A program made the position numbers and the translations under genes. DNA of 64,000 nt from the IMG/VR virus record IMGVR_UViG_3300025154_000049, positions 1 to 64,000 of that record; one strand, 5' to 3'. Numbering within the stretch: the stretch's first letter is position 1; each line of letters begins with the position of its first letter. This DNA is from a virus. Under the pieces are notes generated by a model. It saw only the letters and a list, made by a program, of their open reading frames with translations, did no database searches and was not told the origin of the DNA. Below are positions 38,755-48,490 of this stretch, piece by piece.

Positions 38755-39534
38755 CTACAGTTTATATTCCTTTATGTATTTTATTTTTTTACTAGATACT
38801 CTACTTTCGGAATGTTTAAATTCATGGGAACATTCAATACATTTAATAATTTTTGAAGTTACTATTACTTCAAAACAAGTTATTTTACATTTGTTCTCTA
38901 AAACATCTATTTTTTTATCTATTGTTTCTTTTATATTTTTTGTAATTGTCCTAAAAGTTAGGTTACTTCTACATTTAGGGCAATTGTGAACATAAGTATC
39001 TTTTAACCTCTGTGTCAGCTTATTAGAGACCTCTTCTAAAGTTATTTTACCTATTAACTGATTCAATAAAGTTTCTTTTAATAAATTATTTATCTTCAAA
39101 TTTTTATTTTTACATAAATCTAATAAATCTTCTTGTTTTAAATTTCTTAGTTTACTATGTAACTTATTTATTTTATCATTTATAAGAGCTTCCCTGCTTA
39201 TTTCAAAAGATAAATCATCCTTAACTGAAACAATCCCCACCTTATTTAATTTATATCTCTTTAAAACGCTACAAACTTCTTCAGAATGTTTATGATGTAT
39301 AATTAAGTAGATGTAGTCAAAAAATTTAAGATATGTCCTTAGCTGAGGTATAAATCTCTTTAGATTATCTGCCTCGGACTTTATTTCATATCCTATAAAA
39401 TGCTCATCTTTAAGTAATGCGAAGTCAACTCTATTCTTCCCATTTATATCATATTCGTTAATAAAAATTCCCTGATTAAAAAATTCTTTATTTTCTAAAA
39501 TATACTTTAATCTTATATCTTTATCTTTAATCAT
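38755..39534 (-). CDS. PD-(D/E)XK nuclease (sce7726/MmcB-like) with C-terminal zinc ribbon
   Basis: NEY..RVDFAL..GYEIKSEADNLKRFIPQLRTYLKFFD; CPKC/CIEC; late promoter 39564-39574. Confidence 0.8.
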   Translation of the reverse strand: MIKDKDIRLKYILENKEFFNQGIFINEYDINGKNRVDFALLKDEHFIGYEIKSEADNLKRFIPQLRTYLKFFDYIYLIIHHKHSEEVCSVLKRYKLNKVGIVSVKDDLSFEISREALINDKINKLHSKLRNLKQEDLLDLCKNKNLKINNLLKETLLNQLIGKITLEEVSNKLTQRLKDTYVHNCPKCRSNLTFRTITKNIKETIDKKIDVLENKCKITCFEVIVTSKIIKCIECSHEFKHSESRVSSKKIKYIKEYKL

Positions 39535-39576
39535 ACCCTTATACTTGATTATCTAAGCCTAAATATAATATAAACC

Positions 39577-39912
39577 TTACTTAGATATAAAATATTCGTA
39601 AACTATATAATCTTTCTCATATCTTTTCCAATTTATCGGGTTAAAAAATCCTTTGAAGAATGACCCAGAATCTTGAATAAATTTATAATCGTTTAATAAT
39701 TTTTTTAAAATTCCCCCTAACTTAGTACTGTTTCTTTTATCCTGAAAAAATTTTCTAAAATTGTTATCTAATAGTTCACTTTCTTTTTTAATATATAATT
39801 TAAATGAAAGCCTGTTTTTACTGTAGTATCTAATCTCTGCCACTCTTTTTGGATTGTAGTAATTAGTTAAGTTCTTGTTCCAGAGGGTTATTTGGCAATC
39901 TAAATCATTCAT
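39577..39912 (-). CDS. Hypothetical early protein
   Basis: Start MNDLD (AAGGAG SD); promoter TTGATA-17-TATGAT at 39965-39937. Confidence 0.55.
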   Translation of the reverse strand: MNDLDCQITLWNKNLTNYYNPKRVAEIRYYSKNRLSFKLYIKKESELLDNNFRKFFQDKRNSTKLGGILKKLLNDYKFIQDSGSFFKGFFNPINWKRYEKDYIVYEYFISK

Positions 39913-39971
39913 AATTAACTCCTTAATATAGTGTATATCATACCACCAATAATCAATTATATCAATACATC

Positions 39972-40000
39972 TTGACAAAACATTAACAATATGTTACAAT
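39972..40000 (+). promoter_or_regulatory. Sigma70/sigmaA-type promoter
   Basis: TTGACA-17-TACAAT with TG extension. Confidence 0.75.
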
Positions 40001-40032
40001 GTATATATAATAAATAAGGAAATATTAAAATT

Positions 40033-40689
40033 ATGATTTATTTTTTAGACAATAATCCAGAATTAGCAGGAATCTATTTGTCGGATAAACATCTATCTTG
40101 TCAACTGGGAAGTGCTTGTACTGTAATTTGTACGGTATTGGAAAATTACACCGATTCTTCTATGCCTCAAAAAGTAATAAATAAAAGTAACGCTGTAGTT
40201 AGTTGGGCTAGTATCTCTAAATCTAATTTTGAATGGTTAGTAGAATACGCTCAATCCGTGCAACGTCATTTTTATACCATTTATGGTAAATATCATAATA
40301 CTACTATAGATTTATCTTCCATTATAGTTCCTGAATTACCCAAAGGAGGACTTATGGAATTTCCTCAGTTACTTCCAGATAGGTATAAAATGGAAGGAAA
40401 TTCTGTAGAAGCCTATAGAAATTATTATGTTATGGAAAAAGCTAAAATATCCAATTATAGACAAAAAGCTCCAGATTGGTTTTTAAATAAATTAGACGAG
40501 ACCCAGAGAACTCTATACATGGATTATTTTGAACACATAGGTACCAATTTAAGAATATACAGGGATAGTGATACAGGTATTGTTATACAAAAAAAATTAG
40601 AGGATAGTTGGGTATCCTTAGGTAACTTAACTTTAGAAGAGCAAATACTGATTGAGAGGATACTGGATAATGGGTTTAGGGAAGGATAG
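40033..40689 (+). CDS. Pyrimidine-dimer DNA glycosylase / endonuclease V family protein
   Basis: MIYFLDNNP..A..L.DKH, W..S..NF.WL, FPQ..PD.YK..SVEAYRNYY..EK..W. Confidence 0.75.
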   Translation: MIYFLDNNPELAGIYLSDKHLSCQLGSACTVICTVLENYTDSSMPQKVINKSNAVVSWASISKSNFEWLVEYAQSVQRHFYTIYGKYHNTTIDLSSIIVPELPKGGLMEFPQLLPDRYKMEGNSVEAYRNYYVMEKAKISNYRQKAPDWFLNKLDETQRTLYMDYFEHIGTNLRIYRDSDTGIVIQKKLEDSWVSLGNLTLEEQILIERILDNGFREG

Positions 40690-40855
40690 CCTAGAGGAGC
40701 TGGTTTTTGAACTTTACCAGTCTGGGGAAAATAGGGAAGAGTTATTGAAGTCTTTAATCTGTACTTTTATTAATCTAGCAAATATTGATAAAGATTCAGA
40801 AGTACAATTAACAGCAAAAAGTTTATTAGAAACAGCAAAAAATTTAATAATATAA
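40670..40855 (+). CDS. Small hypothetical protein
   Basis: Overlaps the end of the glycosylase gene; GAGG upstream of ATG 40670. Confidence 0.45.
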   Translation: MGLGKDSLEELVFELYQSGENREELLKSLICTFINLANIDKDSEVQLTAKSLLETAKNLII

Positions 40856-40865
40856 GAAATTGTAT

Positions 40866-40945
40866 TTTATATTATAATTGAATACTATATACAATTTACT
40901 ATGAAGTTTTTCTGAGCAGGTTTCCTCCTTTACTGCTCAGTTTTT
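40866..40945 (+). ncRNA. Candidate late small RNA with an anti-Shine-Dalgarno loop
   Basis: Late motif TTTATATTATA 40866-40876 with no ORF after it, then CTGAGCAG-GTTTCCTCCTTTA-CTGCTCAG-TTTTT. Confidence 0.5.
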
Positions 40946-40967
40946 ATTTGTTATATTTTGAATATAG

Positions 40968-40993
40968 AAATAGAGCCTCATAAAGGCTCTATA
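40968..40993 (-). terminator. Intrinsic terminator
   Basis: ATAGAGCCT..AGGCTCTAT-TT after the holin-like gene. Confidence 0.7.
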
Positions 40994-41037
40994 ACGACTA
41001 CGTATTTCGATTTATACAGATGATATACGAGTAATGA

Positions 41038-41493
41038 TTAATCTGTTAATTTTAACAATATCTGATTACATGTATTTCTTATCTCAGATATAGATATCTC
41101 TAATTTTTCATTAGTTTTTGCTTGACTGTCTAAGAACATTTTGAACTCTTGTCTCAATAGATATCTTTGGTCATTGTGTTCTAAGTTAGTATTTTTACAT
41201 TTAATAGTATGGTTCTCTATTAAATTCTCTGTTTCTTCAAATATTTCTTCTTTTAATTCTTCTTTTAATTCTTCTTTACAGTCTTTTACTTTTTTATCTA
41301 TCTCAGAGCTTACCCCTTTTTGCAAATTGTCCTCATAATATTTTTTAATTATATCTTCTACTACTTTCTTAAATATCCACTTACCTGCATATTTTATAAT
41401 TAATACTATGATACCAATGCTACTGGCATAGTAAGCTGGTATACTTAAAAAGGATAAACAATCTTTTAATGTAGTAGCACCTAAATCTATCAT
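41038..41493 (-). CDS. Holin-like membrane protein
   Basis: One N-terminal TM helix plus coiled coil; late promoter 41527-41537; start MIDLG. Confidence 0.45.
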   Translation of the reverse strand: MIDLGATTLKDCLSFLSIPAYYASSIGIIVLIIKYAGKWIFKKVVEDIIKKYYEDNLQKGVSSEIDKKVKDCKEELKEELKEEIFEETENLIENHTIKCKNTNLEHNDQRYLLRQEFKMFLDSQAKTNEKLEISISEIRNTCNQILLKLTD

Positions 41494-41548
41494 ATTTAAT
41501 TTCCTCGTAAAATACCATTCCCTAAATATAATATAAATCAACCATAAT

Positions 41549-41582
41549 AAAACAAGAGGGCTTTTTACACCCTCTTGTTTAT
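41549..41582 (-). terminator. Intrinsic terminator
   Basis: AAACAAGAGGG..CCCTCTTGTTT. Confidence 0.75.
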
Positions 41583-41601
41583 TTATTTTTTAGATTAACT
41601 A

Positions 41602-43926
41602 TTATGCTAAAGGAGCTTCTACGTATTCGATAAGTACCGTAGCAGAACCTATAACAGGAGAACCAGCTACTACGACTCTAGCAACACCTACGTTAGTTGC
41701 ACCTACTGTCAAGAAAGGTCTTGATTCGTATGCGTTAGCTGTTTCAGCATCATTATCTCCAGTAGCTTGAATTTCTAAGTCGGTAGCACCGTCTACGATA
41801 ACTTGAAGAGTAGCACCTGCTGAATAAACTGAGTTTATTCTAGTTGTTACTGATTTAACAATAGCATTTTCAGGGATTGATGTAGTGGAACTTACGCTCG
41901 AAGTACCAACTGTTATCGCTATGTGTTTTGCTAAACCGTTAGATGTAGCGATACCAGAAAGTAAGTTAGCTTTTGTTATTTTCTTGTTAGTGCCAGAATC
42001 GTTAATTAACAATTCATCACTGTCGTCTGCTGATGTTGCAGCCGTTAGACTAGCGATGTCTACATAACTACCAGAAACTTTACTATCTTTAAGTAAAACA
42101 CCGTCTATGCTAACACCATTAGCAGGTGTTAATTCAGAGATAGTGTCCACTTTAACAGCTCCAGAGAAGGATTTGTCTCCTGTTACTGTTTCAGTACCAG
42201 CTAAATGGACAACTGCTGAATCTGTAGCTAATGTTGAAACGTCTTTACCATCGACTAAACCATCTTTAATAAGAACTGTTTCAATGGTAACACCAGCATC
42301 AAGAGTAGATTCTACGATATCATCAGTTTTTATACCACCCGAGAAATCTTTTTGACCTGTAACAACTTCAGCACCTGATAAATGGACAACTGCTGAATCT
42401 GTAGCTAATGTTGAAACATCCATACCATCGACTAAACCGTCTTTGATAAGAACTCCATCAACAGTAACACCAGCGTTAAGGGTAGATTCTAAGATATTAT
42501 CTGTTTTAAGGTCATCTTGGAAATCTTTTTGACCAGTTATTGCTTCAGCACCAGCTAAGTGGACAACTGCGGAATCGACTGCCAAGCCAGCAACCAAGTT
42601 TGATTTTTGCATTTTTCTATAAGCTGTAGCAGAAGCATCGTATATAGGTAAGAAATCTCCATCTGCTATGCTTGTTTCTTCTGTTAATGTATTAAAGTTA
42701 TCGTCAGCAGGTCTTCCAGTTAAATCAGTATAAGCTTTTGTAGCTAAATCTGCTAAGGAAGAACCTGTTTTGTCTATTTTAGACCATGCTATAGCTGCTG
42801 TAGCAGAAACCTCGTTGTTTGTGATTCCGCCAGCTTTAACTCTTAATATATCTGTATTTATTTCAATGGTAGAATCGTCGACTTTAACTTCTAAAGAACC
42901 GTCGACATTTTGACCTAAACCAGAACCCGCCACATCAGCGTTAATTTTATCTTTATCTACTGAATCGTTTGCTAATTTTGCTGTAGATATTCCTAAGTCT
43001 TTAACTCTTAACGTATCTGTATTAATTTCTATAGTAGTAGCATCTACGTTTACACTTAGGGTATTACCTGTTTTTGAAAGTCCATCACCAGCCAGAACTT
43101 GACCAGCACCAGAGAATTGAGCAAATGCTAACGCTGTTGTATCAACTGTGATAGGATTATCTGTAGTTAATACAAAACCTGCATCGGCTAAGGTACTACC
43201 TGCTTCTACGAAGAAGAATGAACCCGATACTACTTCGGATGCAGGGCTTCCATCAAAATCTGTAGCTCTTGTTAATACGAATGGATTGGATACATCACCG
43301 ACAGCAGTTACAACATAAATACCGTTATCTACTCCTGCTACTTGGTTTTTAACTAATATTCTATCACCTGCCACAACAGCAATACCATCTATAGATAAAG
43401 CACCATTAGCATCTGCTGTTAAAGTCTTACCAACTTGAGAACCAGAAGGTGTACAAGCAGGTAACACGTCCACACTAGCTAGTCTAACAGGAGCATGTAC
43501 TGTTAAACCCTGAGCTACTGAGTCTACGTATGCTTTTGTGGCTGCATCTTGAGCTACTGTAGGGTCTGCCACACTTGTTAATTTAAAACCACCCATTGAT
43601 TGAGCTGCCGTAAATGCAACCGTACCATCTTTTTTAATAACTGTGGAGTCAACTGCTAATGTTGAAACATCCATACCATCTACTAAACCATCTTTAATAA
43701 GAACTGTTTCAATGGTAACACCAGCATCGGTTGTTTTTTCTGTGATAGTATCTGTTAAAACTGAAGTATTGGCTGTTAAACTGTCTACTGTAAGATTTTT
43801 TAAAGCCGAACCATCAAAACTTCTAACTTCAAAACCGTTGGTTACTTTTCTAAGCATAATGCCTTTAGGACCACCGATTAAGAAATCAGTTTTCATAGTA
43901 CCTAATAACACTGAAAATAATGACAT
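41602..43926 (-). CDS. Virion fibre / decoration protein with internal repeats
   Basis: DAATKAYVD, GDRILVKNQ..NGIYVV..LTRATD, AGDGL repeats, four TD.I.E.T..AGVTI..VLIKD units; late promoter 43995-44005. Confidence 0.75.
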   Translation of the reverse strand: MSLFSVLLGTMKTDFLIGGPKGIMLRKVTNGFEVRSFDGSALKNLTVDSLTANTSVLTDTITEKTTDAGVTIETVLIKDGLVDGMDVSTLAVDSTVIKKDGTVAFTAAQSMGGFKLTSVADPTVAQDAATKAYVDSVAQGLTVHAPVRLASVDVLPACTPSGSQVGKTLTADANGALSIDGIAVVAGDRILVKNQVAGVDNGIYVVTAVGDVSNPFVLTRATDFDGSPASEVVSGSFFFVEAGSTLADAGFVLTTDNPITVDTTALAFAQFSGAGQVLAGDGLSKTGNTLSVNVDATTIEINTDTLRVKDLGISTAKLANDSVDKDKINADVAGSGLGQNVDGSLEVKVDDSTIEINTDILRVKAGGITNNEVSATAAIAWSKIDKTGSSLADLATKAYTDLTGRPADDNFNTLTEETSIADGDFLPIYDASATAYRKMQKSNLVAGLAVDSAVVHLAGAEAITGQKDFQDDLKTDNILESTLNAGVTVDGVLIKDGLVDGMDVSTLATDSAVVHLSGAEVVTGQKDFSGGIKTDDIVESTLDAGVTIETVLIKDGLVDGKDVSTLATDSAVVHLAGTETVTGDKSFSGAVKVDTISELTPANGVSIDGVLLKDSKVSGSYVDIASLTAATSADDSDELLINDSGTNKKITKANLLSGIATSNGLAKHIAITVGTSSVSSTTSIPENAIVKSVTTRINSVYSAGATLQVIVDGATDLEIQATGDNDAETANAYESRPFLTVGATNVGVARVVVAGSPVIGSATVLIEYVEAPLA

Positions 43927-44019
43927 TCTAATTCTCCTACTCTTTTCTACTACGTATGTATAATTATATTAATTTTTGGCAACAAGCCTTCATATATAAT
44001 ATAAATTAAAAAATTTGTA

Positions 44020-44625
44020 CTAACTTGAAAATATTACAATCTTTCCAGAACCAGTTATAGGATTTCCTGTAAAGTATATTTTTACTGTAGTATCTGCTGG
44101 GTATACATATTCGCTTCCAACTATGTAGCTACTTGCATAGGTTACATCATTATCGGTAGAAGTCATTAATCTTGAATTGTCTCCAGCATCCCCAACTGTT
44201 ATACTTCCCACATCGAAAGGATTATCTATTATAAGTTTTATTTCTTCTATATTTAAATTAGCTTTTAATATCCCGATATCTAAGGAACCAGAGATAAAAT
44301 CAGAATATATGAAATCTAACTCTATTGAAGGGTTTCCTCCAGATAAAGCAACTTCAGCTTCGTCTACTATGTTATTTAAGTTAGCATCGTAAACGTCTTT
44401 AACCATGATACCGTCATGACCAAGTTGTTTACCGTCCAATATATCGTCCTGACTTACAACATACCCATCCAATAAAACTAAGTCTGGGAAAGGAGATATG
44501 GCTTCCCTTACCTGAGCTTCTGTAAATTGTAAAGGTACGTTTATAGTCGTATCTTCTGCTATCTTTAGATTTCCTAATAGGTACACATAAGCTGTATTTT
44601 TTAATGATTTATTTTTAATTCTCAT
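44020..44625 (-). CDS. Virion decoration-like protein
   Basis: C-terminal domain resembles the C-terminus of 41602..43926; YD.N.N.IVD.AE motif; two late promoters (44647, 44680). Confidence 0.55.
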   Translation of the reverse strand: MRIKNKSLKNTAYVYLLGNLKIAEDTTINVPLQFTEAQVREAISPFPDLVLLDGYVVSQDDILDGKQLGHDGIMVKDVYDANLNNIVDEAEVALSGGNPSIELDFIYSDFISGSLDIGILKANLNIEEIKLIIDNPFDVGSITVGDAGDNSRLMTSTDNDVTYASSYIVGSEYVYPADTTVKIYFTGNPITGSGKIVIFSS

Positions 44626-44687
44626 TATTTATTCCTCTCTACTATTTATAATATAAATGAAATAGAGTCAGTTCTCAAATATAATAT

Positions 44688-44712
44688 AAACCCAATCCTT
44701 TTGGGATTGGGT
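44688..44712 (-). terminator. Intrinsic terminator fused to a late promoter
   Basis: ACCCAATCC..GGATTGGGT-TTATATTATA. Confidence 0.7.
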
Positions 44713-44744
44713 AGAAATAAATACGTATTTATGGCTGACAATTT

Positions 44745-45107
44745 TTAGTCTTTATATAATTTCATAGTAGTAAGTTGGGGTAATTTTGTACCTTGAGTTT
44801 GTTCTAATAAACCTTCTTTTAGGGTATATATTTTTTCAACAGATTCAAAATTATTTATATAATAGGGTTCTGGAAACAGAGCTCCCATAACTATCAGAAG
44901 TTCTTTATACATATCTTTATATAAAGACTTAGCTTCTTCTGAGGTATCTAAAATCATAGCATATATAGAAAATATTGGAAGTATTCCCACCTCTCCTGTT
45001 AAATCTTCGGAGTCCACCACTCTTTCAAAATTAAGATAGGCATTTATAGCTACTTTTTTATCTTCAGTAGATATTAATATAGTATTTTTAACTACGTTTA
45101 CTATCAT
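44745..45107 (-). CDS. Hypothetical protein
   Basis: ORF in the early operon. Confidence 0.55.
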   Translation of the reverse strand: MIVNVVKNTILISTEDKKVAINAYLNFERVVDSEDLTGEVGILPIFSIYAMILDTSEEAKSLYKDMYKELLIVMGALFPEPYYINNFESVEKIYTLKEGLLEQTQGTKLPQLTTMKLYKD

Positions 45108-45522
45108 TTTTAATTCTCCATGATAAACTATTATCTATGTCGGGTAATATCTTTTTATTATTTAATTTTATAGATGCTATATAGGATTCACATATAGTTC
45201 CATCGTTTAATTTTATCTCCGTCCTATTGCAAATATGGTGTATTTTATCTAGGTATAATAATATCTCTGAATTGACTTCATAGAGTTCTCCTTTTATGGG
45301 ATAGTCAGAAGGTTCTAAATCTGACATTATAGGGTAATCTCCCAAATCATACATGGTATAATTAGACTCAGTAATTCTTTCACCGAAGAAAAAACAATCG
45401 GGATTATTAAATATATCCGACCTACTAAACTCCGATTTAAGAAAATTATATATAAATATCTTAAATTTCTTATCTTTATTATTTTCTATGAATAATAAAT
45501 CTTGGATATTAAGATTGTTCAT
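45088..45522 (-). CDS. Gamma-glutamylcyclotransferase (GGCT/AIG2)-like protein
   Basis: IFIYNFLK..YTMYDLGDYP..IKGELYEV..LD..RTEI.L; catalytic motif looks degenerate (YN for YG, LDKIH for LDxxE). Confidence 0.7.
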   Translation of the reverse strand: MNNLNIQDLLFIENNKDKKFKIFIYNFLKSEFSRSDIFNNPDCFFFGERITESNYTMYDLGDYPIMSDLEPSDYPIKGELYEVNSEILLYLDKIHHICNRTEIKLNDGTICESYIASIKLNNKKILPDIDNSLSWRIKNDSKRS

Positions 45523-45523
45523 T

Positions 45524-45829
45524 TTATAGAAAAAACCTCGAATATTCATTTAAGTGCATTATAGTTTCTGATAAACTATCTTCAGATAATCCGTCATAAT
45601 GTTCTCTGTCTTTATCTGTATATGAAAAGAAATCTTCATCTACATTATCTAAAGCATACTGAACATCTTCTAAGCTTATAATACGTTCAGAAACTTTTTC
45701 TTCCTTCTTATTATAGAATAGAGTTTCTCCCGTATAGGAATTACGTACTACTCCGTGTTCATATAGGCTTATTTCAGGAGAGGTATTTTCCACACAATCA
45801 TCATAGTTGTAGAGTTGTTCATTAATCAT
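45524..45829 (-). CDS. Hypothetical protein
   Basis: ORF in the early operon. Confidence 0.55.
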   Translation of the reverse strand: MINEQLYNYDDCVENTSPEISLYEHGVVRNSYTGETLFYNKKEEKVSERIISLEDVQYALDNVDEDFFSYTDKDREHYDGLSEDSLSETIMHLNEYSRFFL

Positions 45830-46097
45830 TTTTTGGTTCTTCCTTCTTTTTGCTCTTTTTACTTTCTTTTTTTATTCTAATTTCTTCTGAAACAATGCCC
45901 TTTTTTAATTCTTGTAATTTTCTAATAACTAAGGATATGGCACCTGAATCAAAAAATATAATATCTACTCCTTCTTCAGTTATTTTATCTTCTATCCTTA
46001 AAGTATTATTAACTTTAGTTCTACAAATACCCAAGGATACTTGTAGTTCATGAAGACCAAATAAAACTTGACTATTCTTTTCTGCTCTTTTAATCAT
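45822..46097 (-). CDS. Hypothetical protein
   Basis: ORF in the early operon. Confidence 0.55.
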   Translation of the reverse strand: MIKRAEKNSQVLFGLHELQVSLGICRTKVNNTLRIEDKITEEGVDIIFFDSGAISLVIRKLQELKKGIVSEEIRIKKESKKSKKKEEPKND

Positions 46098-46100
46098 TTT

Positions 46101-47153
46101 TTAAACTCCCATTTCTACATTACTTATTCTTGTTTGTTTATTATCTTTATATATACTATGTTCTTTTATCTTTCCTTTTATAGGATAAAAACTACCTGCT
46201 GTTAAATCTAAAAACGTATTAGACATGTATGTTAAATCATTACCTTCATGTTGAAATTTATAAATGTTACATAACCCAAATCTTGTTTCTGTTTGTATTC
46301 TAGTTAAGAATTTTACGGTACCTTGAAAGTCTTTACCTACCTCCCCCACAAAACTTTGATTATTTCTATCCAAGAAATCTCTAACACTTTTATAAAGAAA
46401 GGATACTGTATTTATATCTTGGTATGACACAAATTTTTTATCGGATAATAATTTTATACTGGCTAAAAACTCGGATACCCTTCCAGACATTATATTTGTA
46501 TTGTACAAATTAATATAATTTTTAGCTTCTTCAATATATTCCTCACGAGGGATATCATTTTTCATTAATTTATTCCATGCTATTATAGGAGTATTATTAG
46601 AAGTATCTTCTTTATTATATGTCCATCCCCCAAAAGCACTTTCTTCTTCACATACCTGTATAACACTGGCTAAAAATATTTCTATAGGAAAATAGTTAGC
46701 TATACTACTTGTTCTATCTTGTAAACTATTTATCATTTTATTATCTAAGATATCTACTTTAATAGTCTTCAAACAGTCTTTACAGTATAAAGCAGTAGTA
46801 CATTTTTTCCTAGATACTTCGTTCACTAAAAGGTACGATTTTTTAATTTCTTTCAAACCACAACACATTTTTATTTCATTTACGTCTAATATATTAGATA
46901 TCTTACCACCAGTCAAATCGTAGTCTATCTTAAAATTTTTCAAATTTTCAAATTTGGATAGTTTTGCTAAAATAACTAAATCTTTTTCTTTATTAGGAAT
47001 AAATATTGGTTTATTTTGTAGCATTACCTCGTATATTTTTCTGTACCTTTCACTATTGCAATCCTTTTCATAATAGCTGTTTAATATATTATAAGATATA
47101 TTGGATTCTTGCAATTCTATTAATTTATTTTTTGTTACAGCTATTTGAATCAT
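46101..47153 (-). CDS. Hypothetical protein with C-terminal OB-fold
   Basis: SFVGEVG..RFG..YKF..GN..IKGKIKEH..Y...KQTRI. Confidence 0.55.
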   Translation of the reverse strand: MIQIAVTKNKLIELQESNISYNILNSYYEKDCNSERYRKIYEVMLQNKPIFIPNKEKDLVILAKLSKFENLKNFKIDYDLTGGKISNILDVNEIKMCCGLKEIKKSYLLVNEVSRKKCTTALYCKDCLKTIKVDILDNKMINSLQDRTSSIANYFPIEIFLASVIQVCEEESAFGGWTYNKEDTSNNTPIIAWNKLMKNDIPREEYIEEAKNYINLYNTNIMSGRVSEFLASIKLLSDKKFVSYQDINTVSFLYKSVRDFLDRNNQSFVGEVGKDFQGTVKFLTRIQTETRFGLCNIYKFQHEGNDLTYMSNTFLDLTAGSFYPIKGKIKEHSIYKDNKQTRISNVEMGV

Positions 47154-47169
47154 ATCACACTCCGAAGTT

Positions 47170-47201
47170 AAAATAGGGAAGGTAGGTTAGTACCTTCCCA
47201 T
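47170..47201 (-). terminator. Intrinsic terminator
   Basis: GGGAAGGTAC..TACCTTCCC-TATTTT. Confidence 0.7.
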
Positions 47202-47210
47202 ATTTATAAT

Positions 47211-48371
47211 TTATCCTCTAGTTGCACCAAGAATGAACTTATATTTTTTACTGAAGTCTAAGAAAGTTTGAGTAGAAGCCATTATAGTTTGAATGTTAGC
47301 GTCTAATCTTAGGATATCTCTAGCCAACAATACTGCATATTCACCAACGAAACCGTCTTGTAGTGTATATCTAAATATATTTTCCAATTGTTGTTTATCT
47401 GCTTTCAGTGCTTTAGCTGTTAAGCTAGAACAAAGAGCAAACATTACATCAGGGGAATTAGGGATAGGGGCTTGTTTGAAATTACCTTCTAAAATGTATT
47501 CTGGATTAGGAAGTTTAGAATACAATTTAGTGTATTGATAAAAGTCAAAACTATTTCCTTCTCCTATTAATCCAGAGATTAAAGGCATAGCATCTTCTAC
47601 ACTTAAATAGTTAAGAACTTCGGATACTTTTTCCCAAGAACGAGGTGTGGGGAATGCGTTATCATCAGAATTAGCATCAAATTTATGTAACATAGAATTT
47701 TGATAGTTAAGATATCCTACTACTTTTTCAGAGATGCCATTAGGTAAAGCCCAAGCTTTCCAGTCATCAATTTCTACGGTTATTTTAAGATGGGCTAATC
47801 TATTAGCTAATGCTTTAGGCATTTTATAAGCTACAGACTTATCGGTTACTTCGTTACCAGCACACATAACTAAACAGTTATCAGGTAATTTGTGCTCTCC
47901 TATCTGTCTATCTAAAGTTATCTGATAAGCTGCTGCTTGTACAGTGGGAGGTGCTGCTGATATTTCATCCAAGATTAAAAAGTTCATGTATTCGTTAGAA
48001 GGATTCATGTTGAATAATTGAGGTCTTAACCATTTAGCCACAGTTGGTTTTAATTTATCAATATTTTCTTGAGATGGATTATCTAGTATGTCTTGGTCAT
48101 CCACAGATGGAACAGGGATACCTCTTAAATCCACTGGATTAAATAATAATAATCTTACATCACTCGTATGAGTTTTTTTACTAAATTTTTTACCCAGTTT
48201 TTCAACTACTTGACCCATAGCTTGAGATTTACCTATACCAGGGCTTCCCCACAACATGATAGGTTGTACTTTTTTAAATGAGCCTGTTTTTGTGTAAACA
48301 TTTCCTGCATAATTAACCATAAGATTAATTAATTCATTCACTTTGAGTTTTTGTCCTAAGTTTTCAGCCAT
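47211..48371 (-). CDS. MoxR-like AAA+ ATPase
   Basis: WGSPGIGKS, LILDEISAA, CAGN, ALANR, FPTPRSW. Confidence 0.9.
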   Translation of the reverse strand: MAENLGQKLKVNELINLMVNYAGNVYTKTGSFKKVQPIMLWGSPGIGKSQAMGQVVEKLGKKFSKKTHTSDVRLLLFNPVDLRGIPVPSVDDQDILDNPSQENIDKLKPTVAKWLRPQLFNMNPSNEYMNFLILDEISAAPPTVQAAAYQITLDRQIGEHKLPDNCLVMCAGNEVTDKSVAYKMPKALANRLAHLKITVEIDDWKAWALPNGISEKVVGYLNYQNSMLHKFDANSDDNAFPTPRSWEKVSEVLNYLSVEDAMPLISGLIGEGNSFDFYQYTKLYSKLPNPEYILEGNFKQAPIPNSPDVMFALCSSLTAKALKADKQQLENIFRYTLQDGFVGEYAVLLARDILRLDANIQTIMASTQTFLDFSKKYKFILGATRG

Positions 48372-48490
48372 AAATAAAGTTCTCCTTTTTAAATAAATTT
48401 TCTACTTGAATTCTTTTCATATTATTATACTAACAATATAATTTAATTAAGTCAATACTTTTTCTTTTTATGTTAAGTTATTTGTTACAA

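Noticed and set aside
40912-40940. Minus-strand reading of the hairpin as a ribosome-binding site (AAAGGAGG)
   Set aside because: No start codon at usable spacing, it lies beyond the minus-strand terminator at 40968-40993, and the promoter and U-run are on the plus strand
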